Source: Rhizophagus irregularis | Taxonomy: Eukaryota | Assembly (NCBI RefSeq): GCF_026210795.1 | Contig: NC_089429.1 | Span: forward strand, 4,402,001-4,466,000 | Direction: 5' to 3' | DNA length: 64,000 nt | Shown here: piece by piece, positions 63,181 to 64,000 of the stretch | Layout: every line of letters begins with the position of its first letter | Position numbering within the stretch: the stretch's first letter is position 1 | The notes under the pieces: model-generated | Seen by the model: only the letters and a program-made list of their open reading frames with translations | Databases searched by the model: none | What the model was told of the DNA's origin: nothing | Position numbers and translations under genes: made by a program

Positions 63181-64000
63181 TTAACGAGGCTGAATTCGAA
63201 TTCGGCCAGGATAACATAATGATGCAACCGGATAAAGCTTCGATGGTAAATTATTCCACGCTGATATTTCTGGATATTTTGTACCTTTAACTGTAAAAGA
63301 ACAAGTTCTTTTATTCATATCTATATGTACTGTAATTTTTGCTCCATCTCCGAATGATTGACAATAATTATTGTATACTCTATTTCCTGAATAGCACCTA
63401 CCATTGGAACCTAATACCCATCCAGTAGGTTGGTCACCTGCCCAGGTTTCATAATTGAAATTTTCTGATGCACATACTCCAACCCAAGAAGCACTACAAT
63501 CTTTCTCAATAATAACATCCCATTCAAAAATACCTTCATTTTCAAGTATCATTTTAGCTCTGATATTTTGCCGTACACGAAGATCGTTTGTGGCGCGTAC
63601 AACTTTTCCATTATCCTCAATAATAAGTTTTGACCCACGTGCTGATTCATCCCAAACATAATTGGATTCAGCAAAATCAATTGGTTTTTGTGGTTTTCCT
63701 CGAATTCCATTTGAATCAGAGTCATTTGATAATGCTTTACGTCGATAAACACTTACAATTATTTCAGATGGGATAATTTCCAATGGTTCAATGATTTCAA
63801 TTAATATTCGAGCCTTAATTTGATTGAATTCAATAAATTTAATCAAAGGCTCCAATCTTTTAGCAACTTTTTGACGATCAGTAAATTCATTTTCTAACTT
63901 GATTGAATTTGTGTTTTCCAATTGTTCTAATGTTGGTAATTGTCTCATAAGAATTTTATGTGCATCATTAGAAACTTGTTTTGCTACAAGAATAGCGCTA
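63181..64000 (-). CDS. BTB-BACK-SPRY protein, copy 14, C-terminal part (5' end beyond window)
   Basis: Frame is open to the window edge (SAILVAKQVSNDAHKILMRQLPTLEQ...) and contains a complete SPRY domain. Confidence 0.9.
   Translation of the reverse strand, partial: SAILVAKQVSNDAHKILMRQLPTLEQLENTNSIKLENEFTDRQKVAKRLEPLIKFIEFNQIKARILIEIIEPLEIIPSEIIVSVYRRKALSNDSDSNGIRGKPQKPIDFAESNYVWDESARGSKLIIEDNGKVVRATNDLRVRQNIRAKMILENEGIFEWDVIIEKDCSASWVGVCASENFNYETWAGDQPTGWVLGSNGRCYSGNRVYNNYCQSFGDGAKITVHIDMNKRTCSFTVKGTKYPEISAWNNLPSKLYPVASLCYPGRIRIQPR

Noticed and set aside
14301..64000. Diversity-generating retroelement as the source of SPRY variation
   Set aside because: No reverse transcriptase and no template/variable repeat pair; differences include indels and are not adenine-specific.

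Overview
Very AT-rich eukaryotic DNA with short GT-AG introns. The gene families present (BTB-BACK-TLDc, Kelch-TM, F-box/LRR, O-fucosyltransferase) point to an arbuscular mycorrhizal fungus (Glomeromycotina, Rhizophagus-like); this is an inference. The first 10 kb holds four ordinary genes: an edge-truncated secreted protein, a Kelch membrane protein, an O-fucosyltransferase and an F-box/LRR protein. From 14.3 kb to the end is a tandem array of intronless BTB-BACK-SPRY(B30.2) genes: 12 complete ORFs, one cut by the window edge, one near-full-length pseudogene and three small remnants. The BTB half is conserved, while variation concentrates in predicted SPRY surface loops, and the paralogs are mosaics of each other. 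The array is a candidate diversifying repertoire of Cullin-3 substrate receptors, possibly for non-self surveillance. Interspersed are a BTB-BACK-TLDc gene, a small secreted beta-trefoil-like gene, at least two MITE families (one nested, one inside a pseudogene promoter), tandem repeats and a conserved upstream motif shared by six copies.
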